DNA of 64,000 nucleotides from Octopus sinensis (GCF_006345805.1 NC_042997.1:198090001-198154000); one strand, 5' to 3'; shown: positions 1 through 13,104, numbered from the stretch's first letter. Numbers and translations are program-made. The notes: generated by a model from the letters alone, not told the origin.

Positions 1-101
1 GAGATCGCTTTTGATAAACGTCTTCATATTAAGTCTGATGTAGGCTGGTTCACAACTGCAACAAGGACAACAATATTTTTCTGCTAGCTTTTAATTTCGT
101 A

Positions 102-500
102 AGTCATCAGACTGCGGCCATGCTGGGGCATGCATTAATGAATTTTTTGTCGAGCGAATCGACCCTGGTACTTATTATTTTTGTAAAGCTTGGTAATTAT
201 TCTACCGGACTCATTAGCCGAACCACTAAGTTACGCGAATGTTAAAAAAAAGGGACGGTTGTCAAGCGGTGGTGAGGGACAAAGACACAAACTCACACAT
301 ACATACATGCATGCATGCATGCATTCATACATACATACATACATACATATATATATATATATATTTTTTTTTTATATACACACAATGGGGTCCTTTCAGT
401 TTCCATCTAGCAGAAGACACTTGCCCACCGTGCCAAGCAGCGGGACTGACCCCGGAACCATGTGGTTGTGAAGCAAGCTTCTTATTACACTTCCACACAG
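102..500 (-). mobile_element. tRNA-derived SINE, provisional family A (diverged copy)
   Basis: Matches the reverse complement of the better copies at 25559-25951 and 44675-45132 (gactgcggccatgctgg tail, ccgaaccactaagttac body, internal microsatellite, gggactgaccccggaaccatgtggtt head). Confidence 0.85.
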
Positions 501-1112
501 ATAGAATGCATATAAAAGATAGATTACTAAGTTGTTATTTGGTTACAAATAAAATTTATATAATAAATTTATATACTACTAAAAAAATAAAACAAAATCT
601 ATATAAAATGGCAGCTTTTAATTTACTTAAAAAATGTTTAACGCTAATACTTATCTTGAAAAGACACAGCAATCACTTGAAGCAAACAGATGGTAAGGTG
701 GTCTTGTCACTTCATCTATGAAAACACATCTTGTCTAAACTAATTAAAGGTTAAGACTATTTTTATATTAAAGAAAGTTATTCAATTGCTGACTAGTCAG
801 TTTCAATATCGATTTCTTAACTTTTAATCTTCGTTCATAGAGAGTTTTGGGGGCAACAGCCATTTACATTTCCGTGAGACAATTTATTCAAACTTTTATT
901 TAGAAAAGGCTAATGATGTAGATACATTCCTCCATTTCAGTGTAAGCTTATTAAATCTTGTGTATTGCTCTTCCAATTTAACACAGAGGTTTTTCAAAAA
1001 TAATAGACAGTTAATCATCACTTTTCAACATTGAGCCACTATTTGTCACTAACTATAACAGAATGAACATTATTTAGTATAATATTTGAATAGTCTAAAC
1101 TTTAAAGAATGG

Positions 1113-1375
1113 TCATCATCATCTCTTGTGAAAGGTAGAAGAATCCAATTTGCTGGACATTGTTGTAGAGCTGAAAGCAAGGTAATTTCCACTCTTCTCC
1201 TCTGGAAGCCATCTGCTCGCGATACCAGAGGGTGCACAGTCTCCAACCCTGATGTAATCTTCAGGGATATAGGCATCCAACAACAGGACCTCCGTAATGC
1301 TATGATGGGCCGTGAAGTCTGGCGTAGCATAGTAAATTCCATTGTCTCGACCACGGTCGAACAATGATGATGATG
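1113..1375 (+). mobile_element. 5'-truncated RTE-clade LINE 3' end with 9-bp TSD
   Basis: About 90% identical by eye to the 3' end of the long RTE at 59806-61360. It encodes SSLVKGRRIQFAGHCCRAE...STTVEQ and has a (TGA)n tail. aaagaatgg is duplicated at 1104-1112 and 1376-1384. Confidence 0.92.
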
Positions 1376-1651
1376 AAAGAATGGCGTGTGATCAAAAATT
1401 ATCTGGCGTTACCTATGTAGGTCTGTATTTCTAGTCTGAGTTCAAATATGTGTGTCTTTTCTCTTTTTTTTCTGAGAGATTCATTTGTAGAAATTTAGTT
1501 TGCAGAATTGTAGCCTGTCACTAGGAAAACGGTGACGCCTGTTATATGTGTCAAAATAATTACAAAGACTTATAAGATAAACTGTATTGTTGTGTCCATA
1601 ATTATGTGTGTATATATTCATTCCTGCAAATTGAAATGGAAAGAAAATGAG

Positions 1652-1753
1652 GAAGAAGAAGAAGAAGAAGGAATAATAATAATAATAATAATAATAATAT
1701 AATAATAATAATAATAATAATAATAAGAAGAAGAAGAAGAAGAAGAAGAAGAA
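1652..1753. repeat. Compound (GAA)n-(TAA)n-(GAA)n microsatellite
   Basis: Read directly from the sequence. Confidence 0.95.
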
Positions 1754-2777
1754 TCTATCTATCTAACTCACCTGTTCAAACGAATCAGAGTTATGAAAAA
1801 GTTTTAAAGATTAAAATTTGATATTCTGTAGAAGAGGAAACGTCCAGATTTACATTTGTATTATCGATTATTGAGGATTAAATTTTTCTCGCTTTAAGAA
1901 GAATAATGAAGAAAGAAATAACATCTACATGCTATGTACATCACCATATTTCTTGAAGAATGCTCGACCTCCCCCGCCGCAATTTAAAAAAAATGAATGC
2001 TTGACGCCTGTGTTATCTAATAAACTGTCTCTGGAAAAATGTTTAAGAATTCAGTTTATCAAGTAATCTTTCAATCTTTCAGGAGGTGGTGTATGATATT
2101 GGGAATATATTTAATCTATTGCATTAGTGGGTCAGAAATGGCGTTCCTGCTGGTGCCAATGAATGAATTAGTATCAATAGAAAGATGTATGTCTTTCAAT
2201 TACATGTAACGAACGAACAAATTTCAGTTTATAATTTGTAGAATACAGAGGGAAGTATTTATTTTGAAACCAAATATCGATTATCTTTATAAGTAAATAA
2301 ATTAATAACAGAAATTTGTGGTTACTTTATAATCTTTACTCGTAGAAATATACGCTATCGGTTATAATAACACAAGTGACACACTCAACCAAGATACATA
2401 TATTGATAATTGTTTACAATTTCAAATATAAAAAAAAAATCAGCCGGTTAAAGTTGTGTTAGCTTTGGTTGCACCTGCTTCATTCGAAATATCAGTAGAA
2501 ATACAGGATAAAACAGAATCCAAGGAGACTGGTGGTGGTGCACGTCGGAAAGACTTGTATTATTTGAAAAGGGTAACAGAAAGAGCATTGTAAAATAGCT
2601 GTGGGGAATGGAGTGTCCGATGATTCAGACAGAGTCTTTCTTTAGGTGGCTGACGATAGCACATGGGAAATAAAAAGATTGCAGTCTTTTACATCCTATG
2701 TTTGTGAAACGATGGAATACAAGACATGGAGGGTTTCTAAACGTAGACAGGAACAAACAGGAGAGAAAAACTGGACA

Positions 2778-2807
2778 AGAGAGAGAGAGGGGGGGATAGA
2801 GAGAGAC

Positions 2808-2851
<44 letters not shown>

Positions 2852-2877
2852 GGACAGATAGAGAGAGAGAGAGACGG

Positions 2878-2909
<32 letters not shown>

Positions 2910-2970
2910 GCAGAGATAGATAGACAGATAGATAGATAGGTAGATAGATTGATAGATAGAGAGAGAGAGA
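2778..2970. repeat. (GA)n/(GATA)n compound microsatellite
   Basis: Read directly; it explains the SL-rich ORF 2696-3130. Confidence 0.95.
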
Positions 2971-3059
2971 ATGAAGAAAAATGGTAAAAGATCAAGGAGC
3001 TGGCGTAGGTGAGGTGGGAGAGAAAATAAGGTGAGAGGAGAGGTTGAAGACCGAGAATG

Positions 3060-3195
3060 GGAATAGTGAATGAGGATACATCTGGGGATAGAAGGTGAAA
3101 AAGATTTTCTTTTAAATCAGACGGTGGCATGGTTTCCCAATTTGAATATGAAACATGGTTGTGAAGAGATGCTGCTCATTGATAAATAAATGAAG
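3060..3195 (-). mobile_element. Degraded Penelope-like GIY-YIG C-terminal remnant
   Basis: Frameshifted minus-strand reading EQHL...IFKLG/TMPPSDLKE resembles the EQxxIFxLGTLxPxGLN end typical of Penelope-like ORFs. A pyrimidine-rich tract follows on the same strand. Confidence 0.4.
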
Positions 3196-3559
3196 TAATG
3201 ATCCGTTAGATTGGCCAATATACCTATTAGTGGACTTCAAATGTTCTTCAATTCAGTTAAAGCTGAAGCGAATAATGAGTATACAGTGCGTGTGGTTATT
3301 TGGCAAAAAGAAAGAAAAAAACCCAGAAAAATTGACTGCCCTGAAATATAACATTATCTGTTTCAAAGTTTTCATATCAGGAAATTTGCAAAATAAATTT
3401 ATTAATTCCTGTTATTTTAGTCATTGTAAAATACTGTAAAACCTTTCTGTTGTCCCCTAGCTGCACCTTTTTCTCTTTCACATCAATCATTGTGCACATC
3501 ACTAAACATAATTTCAATTACGTAGTTTTTGTTGGGTAACTGGAATAGCTAGGCTTACT

Positions 3560-3955
3560 AAAACAAGTATGGCTGTACCTTTCGAAGTCAGCAAATCTAG
3601 CCTTCTTCAGGGCGATCAGAGAACATTCTCCTATATAGACCTGAAACATGACCTATGAAAGAGAAGCATTAAGATCGCCATGATCGTACCTATACTAGTC
3701 CTCTTTTGACGGTTCAAACATCTCACAGTGTATGCACATCCCTTTCTCCTACGAAGGCAATGTAGACTTTAATGGTCAGTGCTATCGTGCTGATGAGCAA
3801 GTCTTATAGGAAGTTATATTTTGGAAACTTAACTATATTGATGGCATGCGAGGCACACAACACCAAGGGGTGGACCTACGAAAGCTAATGAAGAAACGTT
3901 CCCGCCGTGGTTTGGTAAAATGCAACTCGATTGCGGTTGCTTGAAAAGGTACGCC
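3560..3955 (+). mobile_element. Old RTE LINE C-terminal fragment
   Basis: Broken frames give NILLYRPET..DRTYT and FNGQCYRADEQVL*EVIFWK, homologous to PILLYGSET..DGTYT and FAGHCCRAEKEVISTLLLWK in the RTE at 59816-61359. Confidence 0.65.
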
Positions 3956-5882
3956 AGAACTCATTTTAATATAAATTTGTACCATTGGCTGGTGGAAATT
4001 AATGCTTCGTATTTATGTGGTAACGGTCGTCGAACCAAATTTATATTCTCTTTCAGAGATTCTCTCAGTTTCATTCCCTGACTAGATTTATTTCATTTGT
4101 GCTACCGAGGGATTTCGACAGGAAATAATGATCATAATGTATGTCCCACCCTTTATAAATATTACAATCGACTTCTTCTCATCTAAAGATGTATTTCGTG
4201 AGAAATATATCATTACCCCTCACTAGGAACGATAATAAAGTAAATCTATCTATCACATGTATGTGAAGGTCAAAACCTTTGAACAACACAAACAATTTTG
4301 CATTATACTTAGTCGATAAATTGGTTAAATATTTTCCTGTTTGCAAACATAATTTTCGATATGCCGCCCGTTGTATACAATTTTCTAAAGAAAAGAAATT
4401 TTATTCAATGCTTTTTTTTCTTTTTCATGTTTCAGTTCTTGTTTCAATTCTTTTTAAAAGCTTCGTAAAGGATTTCTTTCAATGAAACATAATTCTATTG
4501 CTTTCCATTGGTGGAATTTCTCGGGGTTATTTCGTCTCGTATTGATTGTGAATGGTTGCAGCAAAATCGGGCAGTTTTAATTAAATTATTATAAATGCTG
4601 TAGTATAATTAGATTTCAGACGATTGATGCATATATTTTACTTATTTTATTTTATAGGATTCATCAGCATGTTAGAGAAACACAAATATATTATGTTCTT
4701 GCTGTACACTATTGATAACAATGAAACGTTGGCTGCAATATAAGCATTTCTCTTATCTACAGGCTGTAGGAAGATTTGAGCTGACATTATCTGCAAACAA
4801 AACATTCAGTAGTTACATAAGCACTATGTACTTACTACATAAAAATATAGAATTCGAAATTGTCAGCTTTAGAATTCAGTAAAGGATACTGAATAGCAAT
4901 GAAAAAGGAATACGTTTGCTATTTGCTACGCAGTGGAGACTGTATTGACATGTGCAGTTGGACGTTTCCTACTTTATGATTGTTAGGGAAATGATACTTT
5001 ATAGATTTCAGAGATATGAGTCGTTTCTTCAAGGAAGAGCAATGTAGTTGGTAATGTTTATGAATCTCTGCTCGAACATTACTGTCCAAATGTAAAGTGA
5101 ATACAATTAGTAATGATGAAAGCTGTTTGTCAAGCAACCACAAATTTACAACATTTATAGAGAGAATATTTTTATTTCTCAATGACATAATTAAAGGCGA
5201 CCATTTCCAGGGTCCCAACAGAGTTTACTTCTCTAAAAGGCACGCAAGGACCAGTTGCTGGTGCTACAACGGATGATAAATTAACAGTAGATCCAGTTCT
5301 ATTGGGGATTATTTCCATTGTTGAAACTAGAGAGAGAGAGAAACGCAAAATTCACTTCTACAGACTTGAACCTACAATGTGACGTAAGTCACAAGTTATA
5401 AATACTTGCTGGACAGTAGGTGGCACTTGGTACAAAACTTCCTAAAGTTATTACTCGTGGATTATGTAGCTTCCTAAAGTTATTACTAGTGGATTATGTG
5501 GCGTACAGCAAAAACAGAGAATATAACAAGTATTGATCTAGTATATTACTGGTATTTATCATAATTAGAATAACGAAAAGTCAATGTCAACCCAAAACGG
5601 GTTTTACAATGTGAACATAAATAAACTTAGAAAGATATTAAAAAATATTGAATCTAGAAGAAAAGTTCACAGATTCATTGGCTATCATATCGATTCTTTA
5701 GGTTGTCATGAGATTGCAGGACTATAGTTGAAAGGTGTAGTAAATTGCAATATTTTTTTATCGATCCCTCCCGGCAAATTTTACTGCCAGATCGACTTGA
5801 GATTAAAAACCATAGCAACGAAACTAAGTAGAGTAACATATTAAGTATTAGTCTACTAATTTAGTCTACTGCTTATTGTCAC

Positions 5883-6140
5883 CCGTGGAGGCGCGTGGCT
5901 TAGTGGTTTGGGTGTCAGCATCATGATCGTAAGATTGTGGTTTCGATTCCTGGACCGGGCGACGTGCTGTGTTCTTGAGCAAAACACTTCATTTCACGTT
6001 GCTCCAGTCCACTCAGCTGGCAAAAATGAGTAACGCTGCGATGGACTGGCGTCCCATCAGCTGGGGAACACATACGCCATAGAAACCGGGAAACTGGGCC
6101 CATGAGCCTGGCTAGGCTTTAAAAGAGTGCATTTATTTTT
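5883..6140 (+). mobile_element. tRNA-derived SINE, family C (head + core 1 + tail 1), 10-bp TSD
   Basis: A-box-like tggcttagtgg and B-box-like gtttcgattcc, then the gtgttcttgagcaaaacactt core. ttattgtcac is duplicated at 5873-5882 and 6141-6150. Confidence 0.88.
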
Positions 6141-6364
6141 TTATTGTCACTCCACCGACTGCACAAACATTTTGAACAAGTTATTCTATTCATCAAAGTT
6201 TTAGATATTCGCTAACTTATAGACTTTTACGCTGAAAAGAACCAACATTAAAATAGTATCGGAAAGACAACGTTTTCCACCTTCAAACTGACACGGTCTG
6301 TCATCTCTTTTTCCACCGAGTTTTAGCATTAGAACATTCTTTTAAATATTTTTGCCCATTTATC

Positions 6365-6706
6365 AGTTTTCTTTCGATATTTTGAGCAAGGTAGGGGTTC
6401 GAGATTGCTGATGCAAATTGTTAAGTGTGAACGGACGTATCATAGTCATATACAGTTTTAAATAAATGGCTGGAGAGTGGCTGACAAAGATCTTACTGAG
6501 AGATGCTGCGACAAACTTAGAGATGTGGTTCAGCCTCCTTGACAAACTTAGAGATGTGGTTTGTTCACGCAGATCGCAGTTTAAAATAAAATCCGGATTA
6601 CTTTCACTAACAGACTTCTTAAGATTGGTGTTGTTGAGGAAGTGTGTAAAAGCTGGGTTTTTTAATCCAAAAGTGCATACTGAAATAGGTTGATACTGTT
6701 GTACAG
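6365..6706 (-). mobile_element. CR1-type LINE RT-downstream fragment (copy 1)
   Basis: Homologous to 8200-8510; encodes LSKIFVSHSPAIYLKLYMTMIRP. Has an internal direct repeat gacaaacttagagatgtggtt. Confidence 0.75.
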
Positions 6707-6709
6707 TCG

Positions 6710-6718
6710 TAATAATAC

Positions 6719-6775
<57 letters not shown>

Positions 6776-6780
6776 TAACT

Positions 6781-6830
<50 letters not shown>
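6710..6830. repeat. (AAT)n followed by (ACT)n microsatellite
   Basis: Read directly. Confidence 0.95.
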
Positions 6831-6831
<1 letters not shown>

Positions 6832-7215
6832 CTGCTTCTCTTTGTTTACATTTCTCTTACGTCCTACGATACCGTTTAATAACTTCACCCGACTCCTCCT
6901 TCCATATAAGTCTGTATTTAGTCACAAATAGAAGCATCGGTTGACGACTGCAATATGCTTATATATTAATATCCTTCTCATTGAGTTGCAGATTTATTGA
7001 AGTTTCTTGCCACTCATCTTATTAACTGTCAGACTCATGTGCTACTTTTGTTTCATCGATCTGCAGCCATGTGCCGCAGTATCAATTGCTAAAGTTAGAA
7101 ACACACACACACACACGTCACACATTTTCACATACATACGTGTATTTATTTAATTATATGTATATATAATGAGAATTCATAAATATTTATAAATAGATAT
7201 CATATATATATATAT

Positions 7216-7262
<47 letters not shown>

Positions 7263-7430
7263 ATATATATATACATAGAGATATAGTTATATTTATGTAT
7301 GTATATATATATATGTGTGTGTCTGTGTTTGCAATAATAATCACAATATATATTAATACATATTTTTATGTTTGATTATTTAACTATGTAGTGTATTTAG
7401 ATATATGATTATATATCATATATATAATCA

Positions 7431-7768
7431 TGGCAAGTGTCTTCTATCATACCCTCGGGTTGACCAAAGCCTTGTGAGTGGATTTGGTTGACGGAAACTG
7501 AAAGAAGCCCGTCGTATATATGTATATATATATATGTATGTGTTTGTGTGTGTGTTTGTGTGTCTGTGTTTGTCCCCCCCACCCAACATCGCTTGACAAC
7601 CGATTCTGGTGTGTTTACGTCCCCGTAACTTAGCGGTTCGGCAAAAGAGACCGATAGAATAAGTACAAAGATTACAAAGAAAAAGTCCTGGGGTCAATTT
7701 GCTCGACTAAAGGCGGTACTCCAGCATGACCACAGTCAAATGACTGAACAAGTAGAAGAGTAAAAGAG
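7431..7768 (+). mobile_element. SINE family A, 5'-truncated
   Basis: ggcaagtgtcttct...gacggaaactgaaagaagcccgtcg, internal microsatellite, cttagcggttcggcaaaagagaccgatag and a gtaaaagag tail. Confidence 0.9.
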
Positions 7769-7839
7769 AATAATAATCACAACGAATGTGCTCTATAAGT
7801 GCTCAGGTACCCTAGAAAAGGAAAGGGAGTCATTAGGTG

Positions 7840-8509
7840 TACTGTTGGCGAATTTCAGGTAGCATAGAAGTTTTGAAGGATGTAGTACCTTGGCAGCTAT
7901 CAACTGATGCAGGTAATTTATTTCCTGCTTCATGAATTCTGAGCATGAAAATATTTCCGAATGTCATGGGTATTGTCTTTTTGGTTTTGGAATCATGTCC
8001 ACGAGTGTTTGAAATATGGAATTCAAAAAGGTGAACAAAGTTTTTGTTGGGAAAGATGGTGGATAATCTTGTGGATGTCTACCAAGCCAGTTACCAGAAG
8101 TCAGCTTTAATGGGCCCATGTCCAGGGAAGCAAGACGTTCAGAGTAAGGTAGATGCCAGGCAGCGGAAATCCGTTTGGTTGCACGTGTCTGAACAGTTTC
8201 CGGGAGATCGATATCCTGAGTAAGGTAAGGGTTCCAGACCTGTGATGCAAACTCTAAGTGTGGACGTACCATAGTCACATACTTTTAAATTGATAGCTGG
8301 AGAGCGGCTGACAAATATCTTACTGAGTCATGCTAGGACTCGCTCAGCCTCCTTGAGAGTCTTAGGGATGTGGTTTGTCCAAAGCAGATCGCTGTTTAAA
8401 ATAATATCCAGATCACGTTCACTAACAGATTTCTTAAGGCTGCGGTTATTGAGGAAGTAAGCAAAAGCAGGGTTTTCCTCCCAAAGTGCCTCGTCGATAC
8501 TATTATACA

Positions 8510-8510
<1 letters not shown>
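7840..8510 (-). mobile_element. CR1-type LINE 3' part (copy 2), with stops and frameshifts
   Basis: ORF 7964-8278 VRPHLEFASQVWNPYLTQDIDLPETVQTRATKRI...LPYSERLASL is a classic CR1 motif. Downstream is TRGH...NKLP..SFKT in broken frames. Confidence 0.85.
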
Positions 8511-8547
<37 letters not shown>

Positions 8548-8569
8548 CTACTGCTACTACTTGTAGTAA

Positions 8570-8611
<42 letters not shown>

Positions 8612-8632
8612 CAGCAGTAGTAGTAGTAGTAA
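8511..8632. repeat. (AAT)n then CTA/(TAG)n microsatellite
   Basis: Read directly. Confidence 0.95.
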
Positions 8633-8833
8633 TTCTTTCTATTGTAGGCACAAGACCAGTAATTTTAGGGGAAAAAGCTCAAGTAGTGTGCTTGGTTATA
8701 TCGACACAACATCAGGGTCTCACGAATAAAAAGCAAAAATAAACAATAAAAACATAACCACACATATCTATATGAACGCAATATTAGCATCATCTGTCTA
8801 CCTATCTATCTATCTATCTATCTCTCCCTCACT

Positions 8834-8903
<70 letters not shown>

Positions 8904-9052
8904 GTATATATTCCTATTATTATAACACTCATATTTATTTACATAGATATATGTAACTTACCTGAATCCGTTATTGATATCTCGATCGTAAATAATCCTT
9001 CTGAAAACGTGACACCTATCATTTTAGGAGATTTCCTAGAAATCCTAACATG

Positions 9053-9108
<56 letters not shown>

Positions 9109-9112
<4 letters not shown>

Positions 9113-10190
9113 CAGCGGCAAACTGGAAGTAAGACTACAAGAAAACGGGAAGTTATATGGTTTAATCCCACCTTTTACCTGCAGGTTAAAAATCTCTCAA
9201 AGATGTGTTTTAATATCATCGATAAGAATTTCCCCGTGGGCCATAAATACCGTTCTATCTTTAATAGAACTTGTCTAAAACTTTCTTACTCAACTACGCC
9301 TAATTTAGGATCGATAAACGCAGGGAACAAATAGATTTAAGCTTGAGAATAACGGGAATATGGGTAGCCCCAATATGAGTACGATTAATACTATTATTTT
9401 TTTATGCGCCCTTTTCAAGCCTCGCCAGGCACATGGGCCCGGTTTCTCGGTTTCTGTGGCGTATGTGTTCCCCCCAGCTGGAAGAGACGCCAGTCCATCG
9501 CAGCGTTACTCAAGAAACAGGAAGAGAGAGAGTGAGAGAAAGTTGGGGCGAAAGAGTACAACAAGGGTCGTCACCACCCTCTGCCGGAGCCTCGTGGAGC
9601 TTCAGGTACTTTGGCTCAATAAACACACACAACGCCCGGTCTGGAAATCGAAACTACGATCCTCCGACCGCGAGTCCGCTGCTGCCCTAACCACTGGGCC
9701 ATTGAGCCTCCAGGATTGATACTAACATAGATAAAGAACGCAGAGGAATGACTAACCGAAATAAAGCATGCAATTGTCGGAACTGCAATTTATGTGTATT
9801 AGGGAGTTCCTGTGTAAGGAAAAATGTGGTATACAAGACTGAGGTCATAACTGCCAATCAACCTAAGAATGTATACATAGGATGTACCACAGATTTCAAA
9901 TCAAGATATAGAGGACATATCTTATTCTCGAACCCAGGAACAAAAAAAAAAACATCGGTGGCTACATATATTAACAAATTAAAAATGATAAGGAATTGAG
10001 ATTAGACTGGTCGATCATAACAGAAACTACTCAATATAAAATGTATACACGAAGGTGTAAGTTAGGTACGAAGTAAGCAATTAATATACGTCGTACAGAC
10101 AACAAAATTTTAATAAAATATTTTAATTTTAATTAATAAAATTTTAATTAATAAAATATGCCAGAAGGGATAAATATTCAGCTATATTTA
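9109..10190 (+). mobile_element. Penelope-like element remnant (linker + GIY-YIG endonuclease), interrupted by a SINE
   Basis: RKREVIWFNPTF...IDKNFPVGHKYRSIFNRTCLKLSYSTTPN (9050-9334), then CNCRNCNLCVLGSSCVRKNVVYKTEV...YIGCTTDFKSRYRGH (9748-9999), then WSII...Y...RRCKL in a shifted frame. These match Penelope/Neptune-type motifs. Confidence 0.85.
9394..9711 (-). mobile_element. SINE family C (head + core 2 + tail 1) inserted in the Penelope remnant
   Basis: Minus-strand head ggaggctcaatggcccagtggttaggg...gtttcgatttcc; tail shared with 5883-6140. Imperfect 11-bp TSD gattaatacta (9383-9393) / gattgatacta (9714-9724). Confidence 0.88.
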
Positions 10191-11767
10191 AGTTTTTTTT
10201 AAAAAACTAGAAAGGATAGAATCCGATCTTATGAACATAGACTTGCCTTAATAAAATAATAATTTCTTCCACTTTGGTTAGATTTGATCAACTTAAATTT
10301 TAAGCTTAAAATTCTTTATATATTGGCATCTTAGTAATTCACAGGCTTAGCGTCGCATTCGAACCTATTAACCTTCTATGTATAAGTTGTAAGTTAACGT
10401 TCATTGTAAATTGTAAATAAGAAAATATCACGTGCCTTTTTAGACTGTTCCCACTAACATTCTGCATATATGGATTCACCTTACTTCAATTATTTACTAT
10501 TTTTAATTATCTGCAATCCAACTGTCTTATGTTGTTAACTAAGTTTAACCCGAAATTTGAGACCTCACTTTATTTTATTTTTACTAATATTTCATCTCCA
10601 TTCGCCCCCAAAAGTTTTACTTCACAACTTTTACCAGATCACCAAGCCTTTCTATATCCTGGCGAACTTTTTAAAAAATACTACTGCATTAAAAAAAAAG
10701 TAACATTACTCGCTATGACTTCAGGATCTCTAAGTGGGAAATATTTTACGCTTTCTCAATTTTAAAACTATTTTAATCGATTTATTTGTACCTTTGATGA
10801 GAGAAATGCCACTATTTGTATCGGTTGGAAAACTCGCCCAATACAAACGCATTCCTCGAAACGATATCAAAATTTTGTAATACTGCTTTTCTATGAATTA
10901 TAATATTGGAGCGCTTGAAACCTAATCTCTCGGTGAATTTGTTATGTACTCTGTATTCCCCTGATAAAGGAACTTGACCTACGAAAATTTGTCATCCACT
11001 TTGATTTTTGTTATATGAAAGCAGAATTTAGTTGAAATATATTTGTTACATATTTCAACTGCTAAAGGTAAATACACTGCATTAACCGTGGAAAAAAATC
11101 TCTCTTATGGTAGAAAGGTATGAAACACCAGTTCGTTCAGTGTCGCCATCTTTTAGGAATCTCAGACATCACTGTTTAGAGTTTTTTTTACTCTTGTCAA
11201 TGAGACATATCTAAGAGATGCAACTCTGAACAAACTAAATAAAGCTTGTAGCTTTATATAAAATTCAGTCAACACGTTGACTGATTTGCGCTCGTAGTTC
11301 GCCCGATCGAGATAAATAACGAAGCAGTGGAATCTTTTCCTTTTGAAGGCCAGATTTCAACACAATTTCTAGTTAACTAAACACTTTAAAACTTCGTATA
11401 CTGGTAGAATGTGTCAAAAGAAAACATTATTTTCACTTAGCTTTCTTGATAAATTCGTTTGTTTAACGTAGTTTAATTTTTCGAATTTTAACCAATCCTA
11501 TGCTCTCTTAAAATCATTTGCTGCGTCTAAAACTGAGAAGATCCAAGCAGTGTTTAGGTTTGTGCACAGTCTTTCTTAGGAAGAGTTGAAGGAGATTCCG
11601 AAGTCGTCTGGTGTCCATAGTCGAAGGCCATGGATTTTATTGAATGACTTTAGTCTTTAGTGTTTCAAGATATTTTCATGTAATTTCCGTAACTATATCT
11701 GTTAAAATGAGATGTCAGTGTTATTTTCATTTCCGCGTAATTAAGACGACAGTTCATTCATTAGTTC

Positions 11768-11835
<68 letters not shown>

Positions 11836-11929
11836 ACAAACATACAGATGTGTGTGTGTGTATAGTTATTAATAGCAGAGTAGAAATATTGGGTTGAAAT
11901 CGCTTTTGGATAGAAAAAGTCCAACTCCG

Positions 11930-11998
11930 CCCGTGGGACTCGAACGCTTATCTCCTGTAAGCATAAGAGGCGTTCTACCATTGTATGAAAGCACTTAT
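11930..11998 (-). pseudogene. tRNA-like head or tRNA pseudogene
   Basis: Minus strand tacaatggtagaacg...gcgttcgagtccc has A/B-box-like spacing but no convincing cloverleaf. Confidence 0.45.
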
Positions 11999-12033
11999 GA
12001 TATCATCAATAGATAGATGGATATATATTAATA

Positions 12034-12104
12034 TACTCTTTACTCTTTTACTCTTTTACTTGCTTCAGTCATTTGACTGCGGCCATGCTGGAGCACCGCC
12101 TTTA
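12034..12104 (-). mobile_element. SINE family A, tail-only copy
   Basis: (ctctttta)n cttgcttcagtcatttgactgcggccatgctggagcaccgcctttag. Confidence 0.85.
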
Positions 12105-13104
12105 GGTATAGATATATATTTATAGATATATATTTATATGTGTAAGTATACACACACCCCTATATAGATACATATACAGATACATGTACATGTATATTTA
12201 TGTGTGTGAGTATTTTGGTTAAGTCGACAGAATGTGATCATGTGATGTAACGGAAAATTGGCTGCTATCTCTGGCAAAGGATGAGACAGATTTCGAAGCA
12301 AGTGATCTGTTAAATCAGAATTTTTGTACGATTCCTCAAATATTATTTTATACTGATTTTCTAAAACAAAAAAAAAAACTATTAGTTTCCCGAATATTCG
12401 AGTTATCCAAACAATCTGTTGTCCACATAGTCGTTCCTGTATGTGTTTCAGAATGTGTGTGTGCGTATTTGCATGCTTAACTGCAGATTCTAGAGAAAAA
12501 TATCGCTATTGGATCACAATTCAAACAAACCACGAGATTAAAGAGAAATTGTTACATTAACTCATGCTTGAGTTAGTGATGGGAAACATTGTATGTGTGC
12601 ATTTATAGTGACCCGGCCAGTGGACGTACATAACGGATACAAAACACTAAACAAAGCATTGTGTTGACTGTGTCTACACAGTTTTCTTGCAGGGAATATA
12701 TAAGACAAGAAAAAAATATTTTTATAAAATGTTTTGTTCGCCTACTTATTTAAGAATAAAGCAGAAATAAGCTATATTTTTCGTATCTAAAACTTACATG
12801 CTATACACGCACAGAGCCGACATATACGTGAGTGATTATATACTTAGAAATATTTATGTATGTCTTCAATTACGCCATAAATATTTTCTCTTTAAAGGAG
12901 TGTTGAAAAAAATTCTTGTCTGTACACAATGCTACATGTGATTCTGCGATGCATTTAACCGAAAAGACCCATTTTAGTGATAGTTATAATAAAAGCTGCT
13001 GATTACCCGCTGGTCTAAAATGTCACCACGAATAATCTTTTCCCCCCTACTTTCCACCGTCCCTCTCCCATCTCTCCATCTCTTTTCACACATGCGCACG
13101 CACA

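Noticed and set aside
85-112. Minus-strand CUGAUGA-CUUAC-GAAA resembling a hammerhead core
   Set aside because: No pairing stem II, I or III; it straddles a SINE tail boundary, so chance is likely.
4640-5060. Plus-strand acceptor-like sites (ttttatag at 4658, tctacag at 4762, tttcag at 5010)
   Set aside because: Short frames, no convincing donors or recognisable peptide; such motifs are common in AT-rich DNA.
5438-5501. 32-bp tandem duplication (cttcctaaagttattact.gtggattatgt)
   Set aside because: Ordinary local slippage duplication with no further structure.
10960-11000. ctgataaagg...cct-acgaaa...gtc near the Penelope remnant
   Set aside because: G8 is lost, and stems I and III do not pair.
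11575-11620. ttgaaggagattccgaagtcgtc as a decayed hammerhead
   Set aside because: Too many core deviations to support.
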